NCBI RefSeq assembly: GCF_021028975.2 | Contig: NC_059426.1 | Span: 72,416,001 to 72,480,000 of the forward strand | Direction of reading: 5' to 3' | Origin: Sphaerodactylus townsendi | Lineage: Eukaryota | Length of the DNA: 64,000 nt | Shown here: positions 37,368 through 50,700 of the stretch, in pieces | How positions within the stretch are numbered: position 1 is the stretch's first letter | Layout of the letters: each line of letters starts with the position of its first letter | Program-made: the position numbers and the translations under genes | The notes under the pieces: model-generated | Databases searched by the model: none | Seen by the model: only the letters and a program-made list of their open reading frames with translations | Told to the model about the DNA's origin: nothing

Positions 37368-39319
37368 TTCTGGTCTTGACTATCAATACTGTAGCAAGTA
37401 GAATTGGACCAATAACTACTGCACCATTAAATATGTAGTCTTCAGGCAAAAGACATCAACCCAGTGATTCACCTTGGCAGTGTATTCACAAAATGCCCAC
37501 TCCTACATTTTCATTCTTCATACCTGAAAAACTTCAGATGTAAAACTATAATGTCTCACCTTGGGAAATAAGAAGCACTTGTAGGTCACTCTTAAAGCCT
37601 GCTGTCATCATGCATTTCCTCCACTGCTGCCAACTATTGATAGAGGCCCTATTGCTGGTGTTTGACTTGAGTAGTGTTTTCAAACCTGTCAGCTCTGAAA
37701 AATGCCCGTCTGTGTGAAGTGCTGCCTCAGGCGGCAGTAATGTTCTCACAGCCCCTCCCACTGCCAGCACTCTTTGCTGCTTCCTCATGTTGGTTGCAGA
37801 CATCCGGTTTCATCTTATATTCTCATAGTGAAGACAGCCAAATTAAGGGATACTATTGGTGCTGTAGCAAATAGAATTGCGACAATACTACTGCACCGTT
37901 AAATATGTAGTCTTCAGGCAGAAGACAGTAACTTTCTCACAAGAAAATCCACTTTGTACTCATCAGCCCAAACATTTGGGTGACTTGATACCAGACTTAA
38001 CATGACTCGACTAGTCCAGGGGGTCTGTTACTGTTCAACAGCAGCCACCCTATGTAGTGGCTAGAGCTTCTGACCTAGGTCCTAATATTTAAACTGGTGT
38101 GAAAGTTCACTGAGTGGTTTGGGGCCAGTCACATACCTTCGGCCTAACCTCACAGGGTTGTTGAGGAGAATAAAAGAGAATAAAAATGTAAGCTACTTTG
38201 GTCCCCACAATGGAGAAAGATGGGGTATAAATGATGTAAATTACACAGCTGAAGATGGGAGGCAGATAAAAAGGACATGAATGGGTGACAAGAGAATGAG
38301 GTAGGGAAAAGGGAGAGGTTATGTGGATTGCCAAGAGGAGGGACAGAGGAAATAGTGTGGGGAAGGGATACAAGGCCAAGCCTGGCTGGGGTTGCAATCT
38401 CAAAGTTGGAAATCCCTGGAGATTTTGGGGTAGAGTGTAGTGAGAACAGGATTTGGGAAGGGCCTCAGCTAGCTATAATGCTAGAGTCCACCCTCCAAAG
38501 CAGCCATTTTATCCAGGAGGGCCAGATCTGTTATCCAGAGATCAGTTGTAATTCTGGGAGATCACCAGATCCTTGAGGGTCCCAACACTATGCCTCAAAG
38601 CAACTACTGACTTACATGACTCAGTCAGGCCTAGCTACATGCAACTGTTCAACAGCAGGCACCCTACAAAAGTCAGTGTGATACAGCTAAGGTTGCCAAC
38701 ATCCAGCCTGGAGATCTCTTGGAATCACAACTGATCTCTAGACCACAGAGATCAGTGTTCTTGGAGAAAATGGCTGCTTGAAGGGTGGACTCTACAGCAT
38801 TATACGCTGCTGAGATAAATACCCTGCCAAAACCTTTTCCTTCCAAGCCTCCACCCATGAATCTCCAGGAATTTCTCAACTTAAGAGTTAGCAGTTCTAG
38901 GTGTAGCAGTTAGGACTTCAGCAGTTAGTACTGTCCAGCAGACCCAAATTCTAGTCTCCATCTGATTGTGGAACCCACTGGTTAATTTTGGACCAGTAAC
39001 TGACTTTCAGCCTGATCTACCTTAGAGGATGAAGATGGTGTATAGATGAAGTAAATAAGATGGGAAGTAGACTGGTGAATCATTGAGAAGGAGAGAATCA
39101 GACAGTGAGGGTATATGGGTGTTGCCAGGAGGGGGGAAAGTGAGATGCTCTCCCAGTCCTAAGGGTTTACTACCAAGCATGGGCCTTGCCCAGTGGCTGA
39201 TACCACAGCTGTAAGGGAGAGGGAAAGCTGAAGACAGAGGCAAATAAATGTAGGTTGGCTGTTGGGGAGGAAGCAGAAAAAGGGGAGAGGCTATGTGGGT
39301 TTTGGGGAAAGAGGAAATA

Positions 39320-39452
39320 CTGGGGTGCTGTGTGGTTTCCGGGCCGTATGGCCGTGTTCTAGCACCATTCTCTCCTGACGTTTCACCTGCATCTGTGGCT
39401 GGCATCTTCAGAGCACCCCAGTGATTCCGGCCGTGAAAGCCTTTGACAACAC
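39320..39452. mobile_element. Penelope-like terminal-repeat remnant with a hammerhead core on the minus strand
   Basis: Same family as 19513-19728; 12-bp TSD aaagaggaaata; minus strand CTGAAGATGCC...GGTGAAACGTCAGG at about 39374-39413. Confidence 0.8.
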
Positions 39453-39493
39453 AAAGAGGAAATAGTTTGGGAAATGGGAGATGGGATGTCTTC

Positions 39494-40489
39494 TGTGACA
39501 AATGCCCATATTTGGGAAGTGGTTTCCAGTGAGAGACTGCCCTGAAAGAGTTAAGTCCTGCCCAGTCCTGATTGGCTGGAGGAAATTGCCAGAGGGAAGA
39601 AAAGGAGGTAGCGGGAGTGCTGAGGGTTCTTTTTCCTTGGTTCGTGCTTGGACCAGGATTCAAAGCAGAGAGAGCAGATCAGGAAGGGAGATCTGTCGCT
39701 GCGTGTGTGTTCTGACAAGAAGTCAGATTGCTCTAGTCAGGCTGAGGCGGCTTGATAGAGTGTGAGGGAAAGCCCGGGGCTTGGTGGAAGGTGAATCTGC
39801 CACTCAGGTGCTTGGCAGCTTGGCTGTCCAGAATAGTGTCTGTCCAACCCCAGTTCAAAGCCCAGTCAGGAGAAGACCAGTCCATAAAGGGGTCAGTTAG
39901 GCCTTACCAGGGGACTGCAAGGGAAGGTGGTGAATGTCGAGCCAGAGTCCTTCCAGTCTTAAGACTTGGGTGGTTGTGTGAACTAGAAAGGGTGTGGATC
40001 AGAGAGAATCTAGTGTCTCTGTGTGTAACAACTAAAAGCTGAAACATCTGTGAAAGAAAGCTGAAGTAAAATAGAACCTGTGTGGTTGAGAAAGCTTAAG
40101 AACCAGAACCTCTTTAAGAGTAGTAGTATATTGGCCACCTACGTGTGACCAAACAGAAAACTTTATTGTAACTGACTGATTAACCTCGCAAGTAGAAGCT
40201 CTTTACTTTCTGTAATCAACAAGTGTTTAAAACCTCTCAAGTCAACTGAGAAGCCTTCATTTCTAGCAGAATAAACTTTACAAATTCTGTTTCATGTTAC
40301 CCGAAGTTCCAGTCTATTTTTTTTTCAGTGTGCCTACAAAGGGAGGTGTCTGTCAGCATATGGGCCAACACTCTCTCTTGCAGAGTTTCCCCTCCATTTT
40401 GGTCAGAGGTTCCTCCTTTTATTTCTCTGGGGAGAGTGGGAGTGAGGCAGACTCCAAAAAGGGAGTCTGAGCTTCAAAACCCTGTTACA
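39494..40489 (+). mobile_element. Probable solo LTR (996 bp)
   Basis: TGTGACA ... TGTTACA termini, 5-bp TSD tcttc/ccttc, AATAAA at 40270, no coding capacity. Confidence 0.6.
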
Positions 40490-41714
40490 CCTTCCACAAG
40501 TCCTTATGCTGATAAGGACTGATAGAAAGCAGACAATAGCTTACAAATTGAGAAACTAGTAGATAAACTGACCAGCATGTGTAAGAGAAGCTTCCTGTAA
40601 TACAGAACATCAGAAAATGTAATTTACTTAATTTATTCGCTGCCTTTTTCTTCTATGAGGACCCAAAGGAGTTTATATCATTCCCCTCATCTCTTATTTT
40701 ATCCTCACATGTATGTGGAATGAATACTGTTTACATAGCATTGAAACCAATTTACCATATATGATTTTTGGCCTAACTCCTGTTTAATGGTTTCTGAAAG
40801 AAGATTACAGACGGAAGCACATCACTCATGTAATTCCAGACCATCAGACCCCTACTTCAAGTGAAATTAGTTAATTCTTTACTGTCACTATAAGTTCACA
40901 TTAGTAGGGGAAGTTCATTCAACCTTCACCCTGTTTTAGTAATATATTACCAAGAATGACAGCCCACTAGAAGGAGAGGATGGCAGTATCCCTTGGACAG
41001 GACCAAACCAGTTCTCAGAGCAGCAAGAGGCAACAGTCCCATTATAACAGATTTGTAAAGAAAGGAATAGGGGCAGTTCTTATCCCAGGTAGCTTGTGCC
41101 ATATTTCCAGTTGGATGCATTATAGTCACTGAGGGCTACATTCAGTTCCATCTCAAGGGAGATCTAGTAATAGCCTACTTTCAGCATTTGCTAATAATCA
41201 TAATATTTTAACCTACATATTTAGCAAATGGCAGTTTTCTATTGTTATGGGCAAATCAATCTGATACTTACTTCCAGAAGGGAGGGTCACATATTTTTTA
41301 ACTTCAATGCACAATCTAGTAATCCTACTCAAAGCCACACAAGTTGTTATAGTTTTTTAATGAAACTAGAGAGCTGCTTACAAAAAAACCCCTACACATC
41401 TCCCCCATCCCCTCCATCCTCGTCCCTGCCACCACCCTTCACTGGATGGGTCTGACTCAATATTGGTACAATCACAGCACAAACAAAGCTGGAGGAAGAA
41501 CAAATATGGAAGAGGAAAACAAATCCATTTCAAAGAGAGCTCATCATTTCATTCTATGGGCAGCCTGAGCCAACAGAAAAGCTATGAAGGTACCCTAAAT
41601 TCCATCCAGCCTCCCCACCTCCCACCCCACCCCTTGTGCCCTATGGTTCCCCAAATATTTTTAACTCTACAGTGAAGAACAGGCTCCACTTCTTTCACAT
41701 ACAGGAAGCAGAGG

Positions 41715-44700
41715 CTACAGGCTGTAAAATTTCAGGCTTCTGTCCATGCCTGTTGAAGCAATAAACTTAGCATGGTGCCCAAAGGCCACTCCTGTCGTCA
41801 GGCCGCTATGCTCTGTAAAAAAATAAAGGATTTGATAGAAAATTACTCCCTTGCATGTTTCTCCAAATAAAACAACCCTCCCCACACTTGTCTCTTTGAA
41901 CCATCTGCCAACACTTGTCTTTTCACAATGCAATATGGGGTCCCAGCTTCTCACCTGTGAAGTGAAGAACCTCTGTCCACTGCTTACAGATGTACACCTG
42001 GACATCAGTGCCACCCAGGGCCAGATAGGTGCCACTCTGGTCAAATATAAGAGATTTCACCTGAAAAGAAGGAATAAGGATTTGAGATGCACATATTGTC
42101 ATTAAGCCACACTCTCAGCCAAGTGTAGAACCTCATGCACCAGCCAAGAGGGAACAAAAAGCGAAGCGATATGTAGTGCTAGCTACTACCAGAGGGGTGT
42201 ATAACAACCACAGCATGCTTTGAAAGCAGACAGAAGAACTCCAAGTACAAGGAGGAATTCCAGCTACCTTTAGCCTGCAAATTAGAGGAACTAAAAATAC
42301 TTGGGGGGCAAAGGTAGATAAAAATCAATGATTCTGAAGGTTACAGAACATTCAGAAATGGTGAAGTTGGCAGGACTATTAAGAGACAATAGTTGGAACA
42401 ATTTTTTTAGGAAACTGGAAACCTTTTATGCACTATCTTTTGAAAATATATTCAAATAGAGAAGTAGTGGCAGGGTTTTAAATCTAAAGAAAACAGCAGA
42501 TTGTAACCATTAGAATATAATGTAAATATGTTAATAGTTAAGGTTGTAAGCATGTTAAATTGATACATATCAGCGGGTATTAATGAAATAATCTAAGAAT
42601 AAAATGCTAGATGAGATTAAAGAAGATAGAAGACTCTCTCTCAAAGTGGTATTATGTTTATATGTTAATTTATTAGAATTTGTTAGAATATTAAGTTCCA
42701 TTCAGTTGTTGTGTTTCAGTTTTCTGTTTATTATCCTTGTAATTTTTCTTGTTTTTCTGTCATCTAACTTCTTCTGTATAATTAAAAATTATAAAGACAA
42801 TATAAGGTGTGTAGTAGGTTGTGAGTTTTTGTTTATATATTTTGTTTGTCTTTTGTTAGAAAATAAAATTATTTTTTTTAAAATTTGGTAAATGAATTCT
42901 ATTAATCTATTCACAATTTCATGCTCTTCCAGATATTTTTGTAATATTTTGGTTAGAATTTTCACCTAGAAGATATTATCACACACACTTGGTTGTACAG
43001 TGCTCAAAACTGTGAATTTGTGTCTGCAGAGATAACACGCCTCTTTTTCACAAGAGTTGTGAAAAAGCCCTTATTCCTTCCAGAGAATCGCAGAATCAAT
43101 CCTTTACCTCTTAAGTGTTACGTCTCAAGAAGTTCAATGAATAAAAGATTGTATGGAGTAAAACAGATCAATACAAGGAATGAAGTGTGAGGAACAAGCA
43201 ATAAAAATGAAAGTGAAACATTTTGAGCAGATTATTCCACAAGTCTTGGGATTGTTACGTGTATATTTTGAGGTTTTTCACGTTATTCTCTCCCTGAAGG
43301 TGAAAATCTGTAATGGCAGCAGGCCATAAAAGAGATCCAGTTTGGGAATATTATAATGAAGTTCCTCTACTTATGGGTAAGGCAGGCATTATTCTAAAAA
43401 TGAAACCTTCATCTGGTTGTAAATACTAAGATTATGTCACCAAGAATGAATCTTTATGTAGAAAACCATGATTTGAATCTGCTGATTAGCTATTTAATTG
43501 ATTCGATTTAAATCAAATCAGCTCTATTTAGGGGACAAAAAGATCACACAAACCTCAAAATTATTGTCTAGTTGCAGTGTCTTGAAGTTCTTCAGCTTGC
43601 GCAGATCCCACAGTTTGACAGAAGAATCATCCGCAGCTGTGGCCAGGTAGTAACCATTCTCAGAGAAGGCAATACTGGTAATAGGGCCTGAATGCCCTGG
43701 GAAGTTTGCCACATTTGTCCGCTCCTGAGAGAGGAAGACAGCCAGAGTGATTAGGGACATGTTAAGACATACTATGGTAGAAAGCAGCAACCTGGTACTA
43801 CTCTGCCCCATGCCTGCCTGTCCTGCGAATAATTTCCCCTGACATTTTCTACTTGGCATGTGGAACTAAGTTCATCTTAGCAGTGGCACCAGCATTCAAC
43901 TTTTAAGTGTCCCCAAATAACTTAAAAGTTGATGAAGAAGTTCAGAGATGGAGGGACAAATTTTAAGTATCCGAGCAAGGGACTCCCCTAAAGAATGTTA
44001 ATTAAAATAGCCCGATCAACTAAAATTAAAAATTAACTGGAAGTGCCTTTTAAACCAGGTGATGTTGCAGTTTTCATACACAGTATTTTCACACACAGTA
44101 GGTAAGTTTGAATATGCACGAATATATTTTACCTTCAAGTCCCAAATCTTAATCTGAGAGTCCATAGTCCCTGTTCCAAAAATAAGTCCATCAGGATGGA
44201 ATTGAGCACAGGTGAGAGCTGCCAAGAAAAAAGAAGACTGTATCACCAGAGAAGTCACCAGGAGTCCAGCATTCAACAAGATGGAAAAGCCTCCATCTAG
44301 CATTCTTGCTCCCATAAATCACATCAAATTTGGAAGCTCTACACTCCCCCAGCAATGTCACACAGAAGCTGCAAGGCTAAAGGCAAAATGCAGAGTCCTT
44401 ACCACAGCCAGAAGTTTCATCTGTGACCTTGGTGAGGACACGGCCAGTCTGGATGTCTGAGAAGGCCCAATACTGAGAAAGAGAAAAAAGGCTGAGTTGG
44501 TATAGGATAAAGAACTGTCTATTCATTTTGCAGGTACCTGATCATGACTGTCTAAACCAATCTAGGCATGAACTTATTTGGTCCTCATCTCACCTGGTCA
44601 TCAGAGGAGCTCAGCAGATAGTCACCTGTGGCATGGAGACTCAAACCCGTCACAGCACTCTCATGGGCACGCACAACCTGCACGCATGAAGTACTGGGGA

Positions 44701-47700
44701 CTGACCAGATCCGGATAGTGGCATCTGGAGAAGCTGAGAACACAAGCTCCTGGAAGAAGAAAAAAGAAAGCACTTTGATAATTACACATAATCAATTGGG
44801 CTTAATTAGAAACAGAAAGAAAAGCTTAAAAGTCAGCCCAGCTTGTTGAAGGCTTGAGAAAGATCAAAGAATAGCTCCAGGAGGCATGAAAGTTGGTGAG
44901 ATAATTTCAAAGAAAAAGCTGTGATTGCAGTCTATAGTCCTTACCTGGGATGGGTGGAACACCACACTAGTGACTTTCTTGGTGTGGCCTTTGAGGGTTG
45001 CCAGGATCTGCTCTGAGCTCTTGTCAAATACAACAACATTTTTATCTGCTCCACCTGGAACATAAAAGAGGATGCTGAGAAATCACTGGCTCAGCACTCA
45101 GTCAGGAGGGCAAGGGAGAAAAAAAAAGATGGCCATCCATTCCTTCAACACTGGCTGTCCCAGAACATACGCTGGCTGAGAATGGCCCACAGCCATATAA
45201 TAAAGTATAACCTCATGGAATCAGGACTTTTTAAAGACAGCAGCAATATCTCAAACTATCACACTTTTCAGTCAAAGCGAAAAACAGAGATGCCTCCATG
45301 GCTCCCACTATCCTGACACAGAAAAACTCAAGAGAAAGACTGACACATAAAAGCCTTAACATACCTGTAAGGATCTTGTTAGTGTCGGAAGGACACAGGT
45401 CAAGAGCAAGGATGCCTGGGATGCTGGCACTGTGCAGTCCCTATTCAAAAGCAACAGTGATGAGATTAACATTCCAGGCCAAAAGCGGGGAAAGTCCCAA
45501 TGGCTTCATCTCATCAACTGCCAAGCAACATAAGAAGCCCTTACAAAGCAAATGAATAACCATTCCCAGGTATTTGGCTTTGTGCCAGAGTTTCTGCAAC
45601 CTGCTGTTCCCCTTGATAGGACAGGTACACCTTTTGATTTGATATCAGTGACAGACTTCCTACCACAGACTCAAGTCCATGCTTGCACCATCAGTAACAA
45701 AAGCAACAAGGGCATCCTAGTATGCTTAGTGAGGAGAACAAACTGATTTCCTTGAATAAGATTAAAACATAAGTAAGCTTGAAATTACTTCCAGAACAGT
45801 AGAATCAATCAGGCAGACAACAGTAATTCCCAGTTATGAGACATTATGCTGAACTGGCTTTGGTAAAAAGCACAGAACACCACTGGTTTACAGGGGCTTG
45901 GAGATGAGCATCCTACTCCAACAGAAACATGGAATTCATACACCATAGACTTAGCCAGGCTACACTGCTCCCAGGATCAGTAGAGGTTAGAGCAGGAGTG
46001 TCAAACTCGTTTGTTATAAAGGCCAATGGGGTGCCTGCCTTGGTTGTCGAGCCTGCAATAGGCTTGCCAGATCAGACCAGGACTGGGGGAGGTGGTCAGC
46101 ACTGGGTGAGAAGTGGCTGCCTCCACTGGTGAGATTTCAGCAGACTCACCAGCCCAGAATGGCACTGGGAGAGGGGGTCGGCACTGGGGAGGAATGGCTG
46201 TCTCAGCTGGTGAGCCCACAACCCAGATCAGCACTTTGAGCTTGTCAGTCCAGAACAGCGGGGGGTGGGGTGGGGGCTGGAAATCCTGCAGTAGGCTCAC
46301 GAGTGCAGAACGGCATGGGCGGGGTGTGTGCCTCAGCCGATAAGCTTGCAGTGGGCTCACCAGCAATGATAGTAAAAAGTGGGTTAATTGGACTGCAGAC
46401 CAGGAGCTCAATTACATGTCTGCAATAGGCATTCAGTAAAATTTAGAAAGCTTGTGTCTTAGAGCACCTGATTCCTCAAGGCAACTTCCACTATGAATCA
46501 AGAGCGCTGTACTCACCACATGAGAAGCCACTTGACGGTATTTGCTTAGTTCTTCAGGCTTCACCAATTCCTCCGGCACAGTCTTTCCTCTCTGGCATAA
46601 CAAATACAAAAGTCATTATGCTGGAACAGGAATATTCTGTCAGTCTAGACTAGGAGCAGCAACTCCTTTCAATACACACTACAGAACTACTTGCTGCTTC
46701 TCCTTCCTGTAAAACTTTCAGAAACAGACACTTACCTTTTTACGCTCTGTGGTCAGCACTGTGGCTTTATCTTGAAGCTGCAAGATAAAACATTATTAGG
46801 ACAAACTGTACTCAAATTTGGCATATTACAGCATCAAATGACATGGGACAACCTGACACTGCTACTGTAATCTAGAAAGGAAAACACAGCGATCTGGAAC
46901 ACAGTCAGCTCTGAAGCTTGCAGACAGCATAACAAGAGCTAGAGCAGGGGTAGGGAACCTGCGGCTCAAGAGCCGCATGCGGCTCTTCTGCCCTTGCACT
47001 GCGGCTCCACGAGCCAAGGCAGGCGCACCAACTGCCCGCAGCCGGCTGGGTGCCGCCACAGGCTTCCCCTCTCGCCTGCCCCATTGGAGCGGGGTGGGCG
47101 CTTTCCTGGCGGCCGGCGAGGCCAAGCCGCTGGCCCCATTCTTGCCTGCCCTGCAGGCAGCAGGGCAGACGCATCCATGCGCTTCTCAGAATGAGCAGAG
47201 TAAAAGGTAAAAAAAAAACCCAATATATACAGTGTTATCTTTATTTTAAATATCAAAAATTATTTGCGGCTCCAAGTGTTTTCTTTTCCCATGTAAAACG
47301 GGTCCAAATGGCTCTTTGAGTGTTAAAGGTTCCCTACCCCTGAGCTAGAGCAAAGATGTCTGGAGAATTTTGAGCCAAATTTGACTTTTACCTTCTGGAT
47401 AATCTCTGGGGTCATTCCTGCCAGTTCTCCTAAGTCCATTGGCTCACCAGCACCCTGCAAGGAGAAAAGAAAGAGCTTGTGAGTGCAGAGAAAGAAAACA
47501 GAGCATGAATATAAGATTCAGAGACAGACAGATATGTGGACCTTACCACAGCATTTGGCTGTGCAGAAGGTACAGCCTGGGGGACAATGAGACCAGCCTG
47601 TGGTTTCAGAGTTGCTAGAGCTGTGTGGGACCAAAAACAAAGAGAAAAAAGTAGTTTTGTAGGTTAAAATAGAAGTGAAATGAAGGACGAATACAGGAAC

Positions 47701-50700
47701 CCTCAGATACCACTGAGGGCTGGATTACCATCTCAATGCCTCACCTTCTCTTGCAGCAGTCACCTCTTTGGTGAGACGGGCAATGACACGACAGGCAGCA
47801 TCATGCTGGTACAGAGCATGAGAGAGTTCCTGACGTGTGGTCTGCAGCTGCTGCCGAAGTGTGAAACTATGCAGCATGACAGCATCCTGAAGAAGGGTAG
47901 ATGGGTTATTGGGAGAGGGGGGTTATGGTGCAGTGACAGAGCCGTTTATCTGATGTCTTGCCCTAGCTCTGCATTAACTAATTTTTGCCAACGATTAAAC
48001 CATTCATGGCTCAGAAATCTCCTTCGTCATTGCCCAAACATTCCAATATAGCAGTGTCTTGCTTTCTTTCATTCTAAATAGGACAGAAACCTCAGCATAA
48101 TTGAACAAATTGCACATGAAGGTCTCTGCTTCTGCTGAAAAGCAGAAAGTAAACTTGCGGTTCTATCAGTGAACAGATGAAGAATTTCTACTCAATACAA
48201 TAGTTAGAGAGATACTCACCCATTCATCTTGAAGTGCCTTCAGAATTGCTGGGATGCTAGTAGCAGAGGGTGGCTTTGGCCGAATTGGGTGGGCGACTGC
48301 AAATAACATACTCAAGTAAGCATTAACTTTCGTCTGTTGTCTTACCAACCTGCCACCTTTACAACCAAAGATGGATAAACCAGCTGTTCATAAATAGCAT
48401 AAGCCTGGCAAGCAGTCCAGCTGCAGCCCCCAGTGCCATTCCAAAATGACATTCTTGTCCTTAGGCTCCTTCCGCATCCCAGACATACACTGAGATAACA
48501 AGCAGGAATGCGGAAGGGTAAGTTGCAGGACATGCAGGCACATACGGTCTAAGAAAGACGACACGAAGTGGAAGCATTTATCACCTCATGATGAGCAGTT
48601 CATAACCTTTAGCACAGCAGAGGCTTGACTTCTAGGGAACTGTTCCTACTGTTCATGCATAGTACCCTTCTATCAGCCAACAATCAGTTTTCAAGAATTC
48701 TGAGACAGAGACGACAAACATTCTCCCCAAAGCATCACAAAAAAGGACACTTAAGAAACTTGACTGTAAGCCTCCTCACCTTTAATGTCTATGAGCTGCT
48801 CTTCAGACAATGGCTGATTATTCACTGGGTCAGTTCCATTCTCTGCAATATACTTTTCAATCAGTCTTCGCTCATAGATGTGGTTCGAGACTGGGGATAC
48901 ACAGGGATGCTCTGGCACCTCATTAGAAACTACAAGGAGAGAGTTGGAAAAAATGGCATAAACATTAAACTCCCACATAGCACCTCACCCAACATTTTCC
49001 AATGGAAAATTAAACTGTTGAGGGAAATGAAAGGGAGTCTCCTCTCTTGAAATATGGTCTCTTTTAATACTAGAAGTAAAATTCTTTTCAAGACAATTTT
49101 TTTAAAAAAATACCATTTACATACTAAGAAGACTCTCCAGAATTTGCCAAACGTGGATTTTATGGTTTTTACTCTCTCAAAATGTTTTCCAATAATCATT
49201 TAGACAATCTCCAGCCTTAGGAAATTACAATTCTTATATTCTACAAGGATAAACAATTTGTAATACCCTTTGCCTGTGGCGTAGGAGGTTAAGAGCTCGT
49301 GTATCTGGAGGTACTGGGTTTGATTCCCAGCTCTGCTGCCTGAATTGTGGAGGTTTATCTGGGGAATTCAGATTAGCCTGTACACTCCCACAGCTGGGTG
49401 ACCTTGGGCTAGTCACAGCTTCTCGGAGCTCTCTCAGCCCCACCTACCTAGGGTGTTTGTTGTGAGGGGGAAGGGCAAGGAGATTGTAAGCCCCTTTGAG
49501 TCTCCTGCAGGAGAGAAAGGGGGAATATAAATCCAAACTCTTCTTCTTCTTCTTAGATGCCTCCATCTTCTGATGTATATAAAAAAGTAGTCTGCGTTTG
49601 GAAATGCATACACCAATTTAAGAACCATGCTGACTGATGGGAGAACAGAGAAGCTTGCTGTATCCATGCAAATCTTCAATTTTAGGGTTAGAATCAAAAG
49701 AGATGTTCCACCAGCAAAATGGCAACTGAACTTGTGGACAGGGAGGAGACTTTTCACCATTTCTCCCAACTCACTAAGGACCTTCCTTCACCCTCTATGA
49801 AGTTCATGAGGGTCCCAGAATCCCCAAAAGCAGAATTTCAAAGGACTCCATGGGCACTAGCAGGAAGTGGAAGTGGGAATGTTCGACTCCACTAATGGTT
49901 CTTTGGATCCAATGCTAAAAACGAAAGTGTCGAATGGGAAACACTGATCGTTCAGAATTGGATTTTGATTAGAAAAAGTCATAACAGTAACTGCCAAGGA
50001 TGTACATTTTTTTGTTTATATAATAGTATGCACTGCATGTGATTAATTTTGTTCACAATTACCATGACGCCTCATGTGCAATAACAATATACTGTTGAAG
50101 AGTACAAGGTTATATGGAATAATTCAATATCCCTATTTATTGATATGGCTTACTATTGTGATCTCAGTTGAATTACAGACACTATTTTTTCTAAATTAAC
50201 ATTGTAGTTGTTGTAGTTGCCCAAGAGAATTAAGAGACTGTGCATGTGATAAGTTTTTTTAAGCCTGAAGTGTTGGAAGAGGCATATCATGCATACAAGT
50301 CACACCCACAGGTAATTTTTAATGCCTTAAGGTACAGGCTTGTAGACAACCATCAATTTAAACAGCATAGGGTTAAGATACCAGAAGGCTTAAGTCCTCT
50401 CTAGCAGGTTGTGTTATGAAATTGAGCACATAAGGTCATTTTGGTGATCTTTGGTTGATCTTTTAGTAAAAATACACAATTGTACACAGAACAGAGTTTT
50501 GGTATCCAGATTCACTAAAAAATAAATGCCGCAGTGCCAACAATATTTATGAAATATTGTATTTCAAGATGCAGGCATGCATTAAAAGGTTTTTGCTGTT
50601 ATAGATTACCCTAACATGTTTCTTTCCTAGTTATGATGCAATAGTAAACTAGAATTAAAATGATAATTTGATTTAAATGGCTGATCAGAGATTGATGTAT

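Noticed and set aside
39022-39663. 213-aa minus-strand ORF
   Set aside because: It crosses a Penelope remnant and the LTR boundary, so it is a chance ORF.
45993-46422. Possible hAT element starting CAGGAGTGTCAAACTC
   Set aside because: The right TIR is degenerate and there is no convincing TSD, so boundaries cannot be supported.
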